This document shows, one piece after another, positions 1-10,554 of a stretch of DNA of 64,000 nucleotides. A model generated the notes under the pieces. The model was not told the DNA's origin. It did no database searches and saw only the letters and a program-made list of their open reading frames with translations. A program made the position numbers and the translations under genes. The DNA is from a virus. Where the stretch lies: the IMG/VR virus record IMGVR_UViG_3300006802_000089, positions 10,398 through 74,397 of that record; one strand, 5' to 3'. The stretch's first letter is position 1, and every line of letters begins with the position of its first letter.

Positions 1-266
1 TCTTTAGCTGCAAATTCAGCAAAAATTCTTCTTACCAATGGAAGTGCAACACCAGCCCACTCTTCAGAACCTTCTGCGGTTCCTGTAGCTGAAGCTTCTT
101 TTACCAATTGTCTTGCTTGGTTTTCAAGCAATTGAGCCATTCCGGCCATTTCAGTCTCAGAACGAAGTCCTTCTAAAAGACCTGTTCTTTGCCATTTTTG
201 TACTAGGGGCTTAGCTGCTACAGTTTGGTTTGGAGCTTTGCCGCCTAAAAGACTTTTCATGTCCAT
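1..266 (-). CDS. gp23: Major capsid protein (T4 gp23-like), N-terminal part; runs off the window
   Basis: Manual translation from ATG 266: MDMKSLLGG...QKWQRTGLLEG...LLENQARQLVKE...LPLVRRIF, matching gp23 N-terminal motifs (KW..LLEG, LLENQ, LPLVRR); follows the scaffold gene. Confidence 0.9.
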   Translation of the reverse strand, partial: MDMKSLLGGKAPNQTVAAKPLVQKWQRTGLLEGLRSETEMAGMAQLLENQARQLVKEASATGTAEGSEEWAGVALPLVRRIFAEFAAK

Positions 267-296
267 TTTTATTTTCTTTCTTTTTTGTTTTTAAAA

Positions 297-1295
297 TTAA
301 ATTAAACCTGCTAATTTCTTCCAACGATTTGCAAAAGCTGCGCTTTCAGAAATTATTTCTCGTTTTGGTGCTGTTGAAGCAGTAGGTTTAGAAGCATATG
401 ATTTAGATTCTTTTACTACTTTTTTCTTGTTCACCGGTTTTTTGAAGCTTTCGCTTAAGGTGCTAAATACCAATTTAACTTCTCTGGTGCTTGCTGCTCT
501 GTCAAAGTTTTCAATAACTTTCATTTTTTGTGACTCATTAAGTTCAAAGTTACGGAACAACTTGTTAGTGTAAAGAAGTTTAGCGTTAAGAAGATTCACT
601 TCATTAATAGTATAACGAAGTTGTTTGATAACTGAATAAGCTTCATCTAACTCTTCTTTCATGTTATATGAACCTTCGTTAGTTTCTTCTTCTTCTTTGG
701 CATATTTTTCGCCTTCATCTTCTTCTGCTAGAATCGATTCAATGATAGCATCAATATCTTCAGATACTAAATCCATTCCGGTACCATCTTCAGAAGCAAC
801 TTCCATCATATCTTCTTCTGCTTCTTCTTCCATCATACCTTCTTCTAACTCTGCGATGATTTCTTGCAATTCTAAATCTAGTTCAGAATCCATTTCTTCG
901 TCGCCCATTTCTGGTTCCATGTCCATGTCATCCATTTCTGGTTCCATTTCGTCTTCGGGCGCTTGTTCAATATCACCTTCGTAATCATAAGTTCCATCGC
1001 TATCGATGTCAATACCAACTCCAATAGAGGCAGGCATATCCATACCAGCCATGTCATCTGGCATATCGCCTAATTCTGCAGGAACTTCTTCTTCTTCGCC
1101 TGCTGCCATGTCTAACTCTGCAGTTGCTAATTCGTCTTCTTCGTCGTCAAGCTGCTCAGACAATTGTTTTCCTAGCATGCTTTGCAAACGATTTCCAAAT
1201 GCTTCTTCAAGAGCTATTTTGGCATTTGCGATAGCAGTTTCTTTAACAGCTTTAGCATCAGCGATTGCTTCTTTTAGCAAATCTGTTTTTGCCAT
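297..1295 (-). CDS. Prohead core/scaffold protein (gp22-like)
   Basis: Very acidic helical protein directly upstream of MCP, with many L/I-x-E potential protease sites. Confidence 0.7.
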   Translation of the reverse strand: MAKTDLLKEAIADAKAVKETAIANAKIALEEAFGNRLQSMLGKQLSEQLDDEEDELATAELDMAAGEEEEVPAELGDMPDDMAGMDMPASIGVGIDIDSDGTYDYEGDIEQAPEDEMEPEMDDMDMEPEMGDEEMDSELDLELQEIIAELEEGMMEEEAEEDMMEVASEDGTGMDLVSEDIDAIIESILAEEDEGEKYAKEEEETNEGSYNMKEELDEAYSVIKQLRYTINEVNLLNAKLLYTNKLFRNFELNESQKMKVIENFDRAASTREVKLVFSTLSESFKKPVNKKKVVKESKSYASKPTASTAPKREIISESAAFANRWKKLAGLI

Positions 1296-1434
1296 AGTTT
1301 GTTTCTCCTTAAATTTTTTTTGTGGAAATAAGATTATTTGAAATCTTAATAGAATATTTTTATTTGTTTGTAGACGCTATATAAAGGGTGATAGCGTATT
1401 CTATAATAAATATAGCACCGAACTAAAAAACAGT

Positions 1435-1463
1435 AAAAAAGTCCTAACTTTTTTTGCTAGGAC
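1435..1463 (-). terminator. Intrinsic terminator downstream of bS21
   Basis: Minus strand GTCCTAGC-AAAAAAA-GTTAGGAC-TTTTTT: 8-bp stem with one G.U pair, then a U tract. Confidence 0.7.
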
Positions 1464-1485
1464 CAGTTTCAGGGTGTATTTGTGT

Positions 1486-1719
1486 CTATTGTTCTTTACT
1501 TCGGATGCGCTGTATGAATGCTGCTCTGCTTCGCTCTGCGCGTCTTGTAATGCTCGGTTTTGTAAACTCTGCACGTTCAAATGTTTGTTTTAATACTCCT
1601 GATTTTTTAATTCGTCTTTTGAATTGTTTTAATGCGTAAGCAATATCTCCTTCAATAACCCGTACACCTAATCCGTTGCCTGGTAATGTGGTTTGATGTA
1701 ATTTTTGTTTTTTATTCAT
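1486..1719 (-). CDS. rpsU: Phage-encoded ribosomal protein bS21
   Basis: VRV.EGDIAYALKQFKRRIKKSGVL...RAEFTKPSITRR, the S21 signature; embedded in the head gene cluster. Confidence 0.9.
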   Translation of the reverse strand: MNKKQKLHQTTLPGNGLGVRVIEGDIAYALKQFKRRIKKSGVLKQTFERAEFTKPSITRRAERSRAAFIQRIRSKEQ

Positions 1720-1728
1720 ATGTGTATT

Positions 1729-2199
1729 TTATACGTTTCTGTTTGGTCGTAGCTGAGGATCTTGCATCACTTTGAATCGAAAATATCGTATTTCCGGTTT
1801 CTGTGAAAAGTATCCTTGAAGCTGTTGTGATTCTTTTGCTGGATCATCACCTAATCGAAAATAAAAATATCCTGCTCTGCGACTTTTAGATTTTCGATGC
1901 TTAACCGGATATATTTTTTTCTTGATTGCAAATTGTTTGATTTCTTCTGCTACGTTGTCTGCCATTGCTGGGTCACGAAGCATGTATTGAACGCCTCCTT
2001 GATAGTCTGTGATATTGTTGATGAGCTCTGCTTCTTCGAGTTCATTTTCACCCATCATTTGTTTTTGAATATCTGCGGTTTTTTCTAATTCTTTATTATA
2101 GACTTTTAACGCTTCGATATCATCATCAGTTATTTTACTTCGTTCATTTTGTTCTCGAATGCCGAAGAATTCTTTATATGTATTTCGTTTCTTGCTCAT
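1729..2199 (-). CDS. Hypothetical protein (likely start MSKKRN at 2199)
   Basis: ORF track; the listed upstream extension overlaps a promoter-like sequence. Confidence 0.6.
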   Translation of the reverse strand: MSKKRNTYKEFFGIREQNERSKITDDDIEALKVYNKELEKTADIQKQMMGENELEEAELINNITDYQGGVQYMLRDPAMADNVAEEIKQFAIKKKIYPVKHRKSKSRRAGYFYFRLGDDPAKESQQLQGYFSQKPEIRYFRFKVMQDPQLRPNRNV

Positions 2200-2211
2200 T
2201 ATCTCTTTTCT

Positions 2212-2240
2212 ATAATAATAAAAAAATTGCAAATATCCTA
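2212..2240 (-). promoter_or_regulatory. Early/middle-type promoter TAGGAT-N17-TATTAT upstream of ORF 1729 and bS21
   Basis: Same TWGGAT-N17-TATWWT layout seen upstream of uvsE, the HD gene, the DUF4494 gene and the early cassettes. Confidence 0.45.
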
Positions 2241-2241
2241 A

Positions 2242-2658
2242 TTATTGTCCGTACAATCTTTCTAATTGATATCTTAAATCTTCATAACATCTTTTGGCGC
2301 GCGCTTCTGCTAAAGCAGCTTCTTGACAACTTTTGTCATATAGTTTTGCATCGTCGACAAGTCTTTTAACTTCTCGGCGAATCATTACCTGGTCGACATT
2401 TGATCCTTCTGCTTCAGAAAGTTCTGTGGTTAATCGTTCTGCAATATCAACAACACGATTCACTTCGTTTGCCGATTCCTCATATTTTGAAGGGCCGCCA
2501 TACATTTCATTACACCTATCTTCCATCATGCGCATGTATTCCACCAAATGCCGTTTTTCTTCTTCGGTTAGCGGAAGTTTCTGTTCTGCTTGTTGATTAT
2601 CTAGAACATGTTTTTGTTCTTTGTATATTGATCGTACGTAATCTAAATTGCTTTTCAT
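2242..2658 (-). CDS. Hypothetical head-module protein
   Basis: ORF track; helical; follows the prohead protease. Confidence 0.6.
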   Translation of the reverse strand: MKSNLDYVRSIYKEQKHVLDNQQAEQKLPLTEEEKRHLVEYMRMMEDRCNEMYGGPSKYEESANEVNRVVDIAERLTTELSEAEGSNVDQVMIRREVKRLVDDAKLYDKSCQEAALAEARAKRCYEDLRYQLERLYGQ

Positions 2659-2671
2659 GTTATTTGTTTCT

Positions 2672-3310
2672 TTATATTCTGCATTTTCCGTCTTCGCATA
2701 AAATAGAAGTTATAATTTCATGCACATGTTGATATTTGTTTGTTGGAGCTGCGTGTCCGGCACTTTCGAATTGAAATTGTCTTCCGCCTACTGGTGCAAT
2801 AAAAGCTCCATGGGTTGAAGGATTGGATACTACATCCCAACAAATAAGTTCAAAATCAGGTTGAACTTCCATTAGTCCTTCTTTTAATTCTTTAACACTG
2901 CCTAAACCTCTTGAAGATATTCCTAATTTAATTCCTTCTTTAAACAATGATTTTAATATTTTTCCTGATGGTGTATCTAATACTTGTAAAGCTCCGCATA
3001 AATCGTTGCCTTTCCACCAAATTTTTAAAATGTTATGTGACACATTATTCAGGTTAACAACTTGTGATTCTGGATGATCTAGTTCACCTAATGCTCTGTG
3101 TTGCTGAATGAATTCTCGATCATATTTTTTACATTCTCGTTCTAATATCTTTTTAGGATATACTCGTCCGTTTTGATTTTTAGCATCACATCTTTGCAAC
3201 ACACCTTCTACTACGAATCCTCCAGGTACTCCGTAACGATCTCCGGTTGATTCATTCAATGTGTTTAACGGATTGAATGTTATAAAATCTTGTATAAGTT
3301 GTTTAGACAT
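2672..3310 (-). CDS. gp21: Prohead maturation protease (T4 gp21-like)
   Basis: NQNGRVYP, ALGELDHP, VSH, LGISSRGLGS and WDVVSNPST motifs. Confidence 0.95.
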   Translation of the reverse strand: MSKQLIQDFITFNPLNTLNESTGDRYGVPGGFVVEGVLQRCDAKNQNGRVYPKKILERECKKYDREFIQQHRALGELDHPESQVVNLNNVSHNILKIWWKGNDLCGALQVLDTPSGKILKSLFKEGIKLGISSRGLGSVKELKEGLMEVQPDFELICWDVVSNPSTHGAFIAPVGGRQFQFESAGHAAPTNKYQHVHEIITSILCEDGKCRI

Positions 3311-3314
3311 AATG

Positions 3315-3869
3315 TTATTGATTTAGATTTCTAACTCTTTCTGCAATTGTTTTTAATTTGTTTGACATTTCTGTTAAAGCTTTAACCGCTGATTTATTAA
3401 AAGCTTCTCGTGTCATACCACTTTCAGATTTTAATCTGGTTGCATTATGAACAGCTTCTTCTATTTCACGTAATTTTTTATAAGCTTCTTTAATCGTACG
3501 ATTCACTTTTGCTTCAGCCGACATTTTAGGATTTTCGGTAACATATTGTCCATATCCTTCGATAAGACGCTCATAACGTTTTTCCATTGCTTCAGCAACC
3601 TCATTTTTCTTTAAGAAATACTTTCCTGTTACTGGAGCTACGCCAGCAGATGTAGACATTTCATCTACTTTTTCATGATATCCGTTTCCGTCACACTGTT
3701 CACAACCTTTGCCTTCACATTCGGTGCATTGTTCTGCATTTTCTAAGGCATTAACCATTGGCTCTTCTTTATTTCCATCTCCATCAAAATCTAAATAATC
3801 AGGTTTTGCTTTTTCTGTTAATGGTACACGTTCAAATTTTCTTTTCATTTCCGTAATCAATTGTTTCAT
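3315..3869 (-). CDS. Hypothetical protein with an EF-hand-like loop and CxxCxGxG repeats
   Basis: DYLDFDGDGNKEE; CTECEGKGCEQCDGNG. Confidence 0.6.
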   Translation of the reverse strand: MKQLITEMKRKFERVPLTEKAKPDYLDFDGDGNKEEPMVNALENAEQCTECEGKGCEQCDGNGYHEKVDEMSTSAGVAPVTGKYFLKKNEVAEAMEKRYERLIEGYGQYVTENPKMSAEAKVNRTIKEAYKKLREIEEAVHNATRLKSESGMTREAFNKSAVKALTEMSNKLKTIAERVRNLNQ

Positions 3870-4711
3870 TGGTGAACTCTGTTTAATTCGTCAACTAGGT
3901 CAAAATATCTTAGCAGTGATAATACATGAGACTCTTTTATAACTTTCATGTTTTCCACATTGCAAAGCATTTCTGCTAAATTTTCTATTTTTATACGAGC
4001 AACATCATCTTCAGTTTTTGAAACATGTTCTTTTAGTTGCTGTTTAATTTTTGGTATTTCCGTTTTAATATACCGTTTAAGAGAATCTGTATCATTAACG
4101 TGTGTTATGTATTGATTCAACAATTTTTTCTGAGCTTCTGACAGATTGGTGTATTTTGAATTAAACTTGTCTACCAACAATTTGTATGTTAATAATCGGG
4201 TATCTTTGCTTTGTTTTCTGAATTCTTCGTATAATTCATCCGTTTCCGTTTTTTTAGCTATCATTGTGTGTTCTAGTATCACATCTTTGCATTTAGCAAT
4301 TTGTTGAACGGTAGCTTGATCTGCATATTCAAACAACAGGTATGTAGAAGCTAAAACTTTGTAATTTGATATGCGAGCATTTGATAAAGAATCGAAAGAA
4401 AAATTTTCTTGTATTTCTTTTACCAGATTGTATTTTTGTCTGCGCAATGTGCTTTGATTCAATTTGCGATAAGCTGCTTGAGCTTCTTTAATAAAATCTA
4501 ACGCACGTGCTTCTGATTTGTGTTGTTCTTTGATAATTGAATTATACAAATTTAATTCTTTTGATAATTCCGTGTTTTTGCCGAAATATTTTTTTATAAT
4601 ATCTAATGCAATTGTTTTGTCAGAAGTTAGTGTTTCTGAAGTCAGTTTTCTAACTAACATTTCAAACAATATTCCGGTATTTTTGTACTTCGAATGTTTG
4701 AGTTTTTTCAT
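3866..4711 (-). CDS. Hypothetical head-module protein
   Basis: 281-aa ORF between portal and protease; late motif upstream. Confidence 0.65.
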   Translation of the reverse strand: MKKLKHSKYKNTGILFEMLVRKLTSETLTSDKTIALDIIKKYFGKNTELSKELNLYNSIIKEQHKSEARALDFIKEAQAAYRKLNQSTLRRQKYNLVKEIQENFSFDSLSNARISNYKVLASTYLLFEYADQATVQQIAKCKDVILEHTMIAKKTETDELYEEFRKQSKDTRLLTYKLLVDKFNSKYTNLSEAQKKLLNQYITHVNDTDSLKRYIKTEIPKIKQQLKEHVSKTEDDVARIKIENLAEMLCNVENMKVIKESHVLSLLRYFDLVDELNRVHQ

Positions 4712-4758
4712 TTCTAGTATTCAGTTCTAGATTTATTTATATATAAATATTGTTACGC

Positions 4759-6597
4759 TTATAAAATATTGTTTTCATCTAGCAATGTTCCGCTATCTTC
4801 ATCTTTTTTTGCTGACTCATACAGCATTTGATTTGCTAAACTTTTATTTTTCTTGTTTATTTTTTTCAATACATCAATATTTTCACGTCGCATATTATAT
4901 GGAGAACTTGTGCTAGCTCGGCGACTGCCTCTTGGATCTGGTTGGAATGTTGTTCGTTGATTTTCCGGATCCATGTGTTGTTTGATTTGTTTGATACCCA
5001 GCGGATCCCATCCGAATGCATTCTTGTGTTGTCCAGATTTAATTCCTTCCGGCGGACGACCTCCTGGATCATCACTATCTGTACCCATATGCATTGAAGC
5101 TAAATCATGAGGTGTTCCGTATGAAACTCCTGTTACCGTAGGATCATTTCCTTCTTGTTCAATTTGACTTTGACGGAATCTCAGTTTAAGATCTTCTATT
5201 ACATCGTTCCTTTCTTGCAACCATTGTTCTTCAGACATATTGAATATGTATTCGTATATGAATCTGTCTGAAACTAGTTTAGAATCTTTCATTGCGCCTG
5301 CTAACTGAATTTTTTCATTCATGAGTGCAATTTTTTGTTGATCATAAATAATAGACGGAGCTGTTAATTCTAAATCAAAATTAACTAGATCTGCATCTTC
5401 ATATCCTTGAGTATATAAATGAACTATTGCTATTTTTGCAAGTTCTGATTCTATAATTTTTTGAATACGCTCAATAGTACGTGCAAAACGTATATCCATT
5501 GATGCTAATGTGGATTTTCCTTCTACTCCTTCATCAAATCCTAAAAATGGTTTAGGTATTTTAAGAGCAGCCATCATTTTGTTTTTAACATATTCGATGT
5601 CATCTATACCGGTAAATTCCATTCCCGGCAGTGAAGATATCTCAGTAGATGAATTTCCTCCTCGCACGGGTAAAAAATAATCTTCCAACATGTTGTTCAA
5701 GTTGAACTTCAAATTGTAATTACCTGTTCTTTGATCTACATATGGAACTTTTTTCATTTTGTTGATCATTTGTTCCATGAATGCATCAACTTCGTTAGGT
5801 GGTATATTACCTATATCTACTTTGAATATTCTTTTTTCTGGAGCTCTCATTACACGATGAATAAGCATTGCATCTTCAAGCATTGTTAATTTTTGAAATT
5901 CTTGTCGTGCTCCTTCTAACATGGATCGGCCGTAAGGTAAGAAGTTAGAATCTGAAATTAATCTGAAATGTGCTATTTCAAACACATCATATTTTTCTTC
6001 TGGGTTAGAAACATGATGAAACTCTATTTCATAATCTCCAATATCTTCACGATATTCTTCCCAACGTTCCATTTCATAACTAGAAAATGGTCTAGCATTG
6101 ATAATACCTACTTCATCTGAAATATCTAGTTTTAAAAAGAAATCTCCGTATTTACACATATTTCGAATCCAAGGCCACAAGTTGAATTCTATGTTTAATA
6201 CGTCATAAAACAGGTTGTTTAATATTTTTTGTATTCTGACATCTTCGGTTTTAATTGTTAAGATATCTCCGAACTGATTGGCTAATGTAGATTCATCGGC
6301 ATATATGTCTAATGCAGAACTGATAATAGGATCTTTATCCATCATTTCAAAATCAGTGTATAACTGCATTCTGTTTTGGTGCATATAATAATTTGAATCA
6401 TATCCACCCATACCTCCGACAGCATGACGATTAGTTCCATGCATTCTGGTGTATCTGTCGGCTATTTTGCTTCCTACTAAATTTCCGGATGATTGTAATC
6501 TGTTTGTGTCGACTACACGTAGTTTGTCTTTACCATACGCTCTTACGATAACGTTGGTACGAAACAGATTTCGTAATCTTCTTCTTAATGATGCCAT
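4759..6597 (-). CDS. gp20: Portal protein (T4 gp20-like)
   Basis: LEDAMLIHRVMRAPEKRIFKVDIGN, LEDYFLPVRGG, TEISSLPG, ALKIPK motifs. Confidence 0.95.
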   Translation of the reverse strand: MASLRRRLRNLFRTNVIVRAYGKDKLRVVDTNRLQSSGNLVGSKIADRYTRMHGTNRHAVGGMGGYDSNYYMHQNRMQLYTDFEMMDKDPIISSALDIYADESTLANQFGDILTIKTEDVRIQKILNNLFYDVLNIEFNLWPWIRNMCKYGDFFLKLDISDEVGIINARPFSSYEMERWEEYREDIGDYEIEFHHVSNPEEKYDVFEIAHFRLISDSNFLPYGRSMLEGARQEFQKLTMLEDAMLIHRVMRAPEKRIFKVDIGNIPPNEVDAFMEQMINKMKKVPYVDQRTGNYNLKFNLNNMLEDYFLPVRGGNSSTEISSLPGMEFTGIDDIEYVKNKMMAALKIPKPFLGFDEGVEGKSTLASMDIRFARTIERIQKIIESELAKIAIVHLYTQGYEDADLVNFDLELTAPSIIYDQQKIALMNEKIQLAGAMKDSKLVSDRFIYEYIFNMSEEQWLQERNDVIEDLKLRFRQSQIEQEGNDPTVTGVSYGTPHDLASMHMGTDSDDPGGRPPEGIKSGQHKNAFGWDPLGIKQIKQHMDPENQRTTFQPDPRGSRRASTSSPYNMRRENIDVLKKINKKNKSLANQMLYESAKKDEDSGTLLDENNIL

Positions 6598-6643
6598 ACT
6601 TGATATTATTTTTATATAAATATAACTTAATAAAGATCAGCGG

Positions 6644-8223
6644 CTATTTTATTAACCAAGTTAAATCTTCATCTCCGTAACCGTTATTCCAACTCCATCC
6701 GGTGTCTTGTCTATTCATGCCGCTGGTTGAAATAATTCCATTTGTTCTTGTGAACTGAGAAATTGCTTTTTTATGCAATTCAATACCATGTTGTCTGAGT
6801 TTAACGATGTATCTCTTAACCATAATCCGATACAAAAACTCATAACAAGGTCGTCATTATAACCTATTTCTGCTTGTGCTTTTCCGTTTTGCCATTTAAA
6901 CACAAACATTTCTTGTATTAATCTTTTACTTCGTATTTTAGGAGTTCCTTCTCTCATGTACATTTCAAGTGCAGATATCATCAATGGCCGAGTTCTGCTC
7001 GTGGTAGATACACCCGGAACCATTTTAGTTTTATCTTTTACGTCATATCCTTTCATGAGTTGCACTTCTAAATCTACATATCCATCATCTTTATACGTGT
7101 AAAATAAATTTTCATAGTTTCGGTCTAGTGCTGGTTGTATTGCGGCCCAACCTATGTTTGCATTTTCAATTGCAAGTAACGCATTATTCCATTCTGTTGC
7201 AACCGTTACCAACATGTTGCCGTATTCATTCGGAGGAAGTTTACCTTTATATTCTGCAACTTGAGTTACTGTTTCTACGTCAATAACATGAAACGCAGAC
7301 CAGTCGGCACTATCACCTCGAGCAACGTCAGCTACTACTATATAATTTTTAGAATAATCCGGATACTCCCAAATCCAATAGCCGTTATCATATCCTCTTC
7401 TTTCTAATGGCTCTGAACATTCTTGTTCAAATCGTTGCAGTATAGCACCATCTATTACAGTGTGTCCGGAACTTACAAAGTCACAATCACATTCTTGTGC
7501 TGCTCCTCTTTCTCCTAAAAGTTGTGTTTGTTCATTTCTCCAGGTTTGATCTCGTTCCGGATGCACCGTCCAATGCAGTTTGATGTTATGCCATTGTGTT
7601 TGTGCATTAGTTTCTCCGTCAACCCATGTTTGATGAAACCAGTTACCGATACCGTTAGGAGTAGATAACACAATTGCACCACCACCAGTAGATAGGGTTG
7701 CTTGTGATGCTATCCATATTTCTTCAATGTTTCGAATGAATGCGGCCTCGTCTACTATTAGCAGTGATAAGGCTTCTGAACGTGCTCCTGTGGTTGCTGA
7801 TGATACTGCTTTGATTTGAGAACCATTTTTAAATTTCAGTGATAATTTGTTGTCTGCTTCGATAGTTCCTTTCAACCAACTCGGCAGATTGTCATGCATC
7901 ACACGAACCTTTGTAACAAGATTTTTTGCTACTTCTTGTGTGGTTGCGATAACTAGAGTATTGAAATCTTCATTGAACAACATGCTCCACAGAGCAAACC
8001 CGGCACTAAGAGTTGAAATACCTAACTGTCGAGACTTTAATATAACACTGTATCGGTTATCTCTTAATTCTTCTAGTACCTCTTCCTGAAATTCATACAG
8101 ATTAAATTTAATCTTTCCTCGTTTAGGATGTTGGATAAAACAATAGTTACGCATGAAGAACACAGGATCTTTAGCACACCGAACATATTGCTCCTGGATA
8201 ATCTGTTTTAAGTTTTTTGACAT
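6644..8223 (-). CDS. gp17: Terminase large subunit (gp17-like); the C-terminal tail continues in the -1 frame near 6800
   Basis: KSRQLGIST, IVDEAAF, STPNG, ADVARG, IENAN and NDDLVMS motifs; one extra A joins ...RDTSL to KLRQHGIELHKK...DEDLTWLIK (ORF 6644..6835). Confidence 0.93.
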
Positions 8224-8224
8224 A

Positions 8225-8605
8225 TTATTGTACTACTGCAACTATCATTTTGCCAGTAAACAGTGTTGCTGTTATGCCGGCAGTAAACCAGATTGCAGGA
8301 TGTTGATACCATTTTTGTTGCAACAATTTTTCACGTTTAACGTATATTTCAATATTTTCTTCAAGTATTGCAATTTGTTTTGCGTGATATGATAGTTGCA
8401 ATGAATCTAAATAATTAACCTGTTCTAGTTGAGATATAATCGTTTTCTGAGTGTTAATTATGTGTGTGTTAACTGAATCTATATAATACAATGAATCTAA
8501 TGTTTCTGATATTGCATGTATTTCAGATTCAGTAAAACATGTGTCTGCTTGAGATGTTGCATTTAAACTGTTCAAGAAAAATATCGTATAGATGATATAC
8601 TTCAT
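8225..8605 (-). CDS. Signal peptide + coiled coil + C-terminal TM protein (possibly spanin-like)
   Basis: Hydrophobic N- and C-termini. Confidence 0.45.
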   Translation of the reverse strand: MKYIIYTIFFLNSLNATSQADTCFTESEIHAISETLDSLYYIDSVNTHIINTQKTIISQLEQVNYLDSLQLSYHAKQIAILEENIEIYVKREKLLQQKWYQHPAIWFTAGITATLFTGKMIVAVVQ

Positions 8606-8925
8606 TTGCGTTTAGTTTTATTTATGATATTTTGTTTGCTTTGAGCGGTAGTTCTTTTTTTACGAGGAGTATTTTTCTTTTTGGTTTCTAGATCTGCAAC
8701 TTTCTTTTTGTTTGCAGTTGCTTTTTTCTTAACCGCTTCTTTTTCTTCTGTTACTCGTTCTATTTTACCTTTTAATTTGTTTATTTCCGCATTGTTATCT
8801 TTTAACTTCTCTTCAGTTTTTTCTAGTTTACGTTTACTAGATAATTTGAATACGGAAATAATCAGCATGAATAATCCTATTGCTACTGCAGTTATCACTT
8901 TCCAATATCGTTTAATCGTTTTCAT
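8602..8925 (-). CDS. N-terminal TM + basic coiled-coil protein (possibly Rz/i-spanin-like)
   Basis: TM at about residues 8-28, then a Lys-rich coiled coil. Confidence 0.45.
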   Translation of the reverse strand: MKTIKRYWKVITAVAIGLFMLIISVFKLSSKRKLEKTEEKLKDNNAEINKLKGKIERVTEEKEAVKKKATANKKKVADLETKKKNTPRKKRTTAQSKQNIINKTKRK

Positions 8926-9571
8926 TTGGTTTAGTCCTTTTGTCTAATTCTTGTAAAAATTCTTTTTTATATTCGTCAAATCCTTTTTGCACTTTTTCTT
9001 CGAACTCTTCTGCAGTCATATGTGCTTGTATGTCTTCGGTTAATCCGTCAGAATTAACTACAACTTTAGATGCTTCGGTATAAGCTTTTTTAAGCATTTC
9101 TACATCTTTCTCTGCATCACGAAGCCATGAAAGTGCATTTGCTCGAACTTTGGCTTTTGCATATTCTTGATACTTGCCTTCTTTTTTGAGTTCATGCTCC
9201 ATTTCTATGGTACAATCAAAACACATTCCGTTAGCTTTACGCATTGTTTCATCTAATGGATGTGGTTTTAAGCAAGTGCATGTGTCTTTTCGACAGTTTG
9301 GAAAAGATCTGATATAATCACGTGCTTGTTGCAACGCATCGGAATTTTTTGATTTTCGTATGCGAAATCCGTCTCGTTGTTCTACAATGGTAACTAGTCC
9401 TGTAACTGGATCTGTTTCTTCCCAGATATCTCCAACTGCATGAGTTTCTGCTTTTTTGGCTGCGGATTTTGCGTCTGAAAATCCTATGCTTTTTTTGGTT
9501 TGAAACTTGTGGGTGCCATCAATCATTTGTTGAATGGCTTTGATGTTTTGTAACTTGTTCTTTTTTGCCAT
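8912..9571 (-). CDS. Hypothetical protein with Cys motifs
   Basis: CRKDTCTC and CFDC. Confidence 0.6.
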   Translation of the reverse strand: MAKKNKLQNIKAIQQMIDGTHKFQTKKSIGFSDAKSAAKKAETHAVGDIWEETDPVTGLVTIVEQRDGFRIRKSKNSDALQQARDYIRSFPNCRKDTCTCLKPHPLDETMRKANGMCFDCTIEMEHELKKEGKYQEYAKAKVRANALSWLRDAEKDVEMLKKAYTEASKVVVNSDGLTEDIQAHMTAEEFEEKVQKGFDEYKKEFLQELDKRTKPNEND

Positions 9572-9586
9572 ATATTGTTTTGTTAT

Positions 9587-10527
9587 TTACGCCATATCTT
9601 CTGCAGAGCTTGGATCTACATTTATTTGTTTATTGCTAAACAATCCGTTATTCTGCATCCATATGATAATATCTCTTCTCATATCAGTCTTACTAACTTC
9701 TTCACCAGTTTTAGCTTCAATTTGTTGTATTGTATTTTTTAAAATATTTAACATTACAGCTGTTGCTTTTTCTTCTGGTTGTGGTTGATTAATTAATCGA
9801 CTGATTAATAACTCTTGGAATTGTGCAACAGGTCCTTTTTCTGCTTGTAATTGAGCATCAGGATCTCCTGCTTCACCGGTTTCAGTGCCATCTAGTGTTG
9901 GTGCATCTGCTGGAGCTTCTGGAGTTGGTGCATCTGCTGGTGTTGGTGTTTCTGGTGTTGTTGCGGCTGCGGGTGCTTCTGGAGCTGCAGTTGGTTCGGG
10001 AATCGGCTCTGGTGCAGGTTCTGCTGCTACTGGCTCTTCTTCTGTTTCTTCTGCTTGTTCTCGAATCATGATTGCAATTTTTCTGCGAACATATTCTCTG
10101 ATTAATCGTTCTTTATTTGATTCAGACAAACGATTTACTCGCTCTTGCAATTTTTCTTCATTTTCTGGCTTTACCATGCTATTAGTAATTGCGCCATGAT
10201 CGATTCGTTCTAATTTTTCCAAGAATCCGTCAGTATCTTCAATCTGAAGTTTGTCAAACAATTTTCTTGCATGCTCTGCAGAATATTCTCCTTCTTCTAT
10301 TTTTTTGTATAAACGATCTTTGATTTCTGGTACCATGTTTTCTATGTTGTCAATGACATTAGTAGCATATTTTCTAGGTACATTTGGTTGAACGCCTTTT
10401 ACACCACCAGGAACCATGTTAGGGGCATCTTCTGCTGTGTAATCCTTCATGTCTTTGCGTGTTTCTGCTTTCAGTGACTTTGCCATGTCTTTTGATGCTT
10501 TGTAGTTGCTCTTATGTTTTCAGCCAT
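9587..10527 (-). CDS. Hypothetical protein with Pro/Ala-rich linker; true start probably 10527 (1-nt deletion in an A-run)
   Basis: Late motif at about 10546 precedes ATG 10527; adding one A gives MAEKHKSNYKASKD-MAKSL in frame. Confidence 0.6.
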
Positions 10528-10554
10528 CTTTTTTCTTTATTTTATATATAAATA

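Noticed and set aside
6799-6805. Programmed -1 frameshift as a firm call
   Set aside because: Similar single-base homopolymer losses at about 10518 and 55550 point to sequencing error; kept only as a low-interest finding
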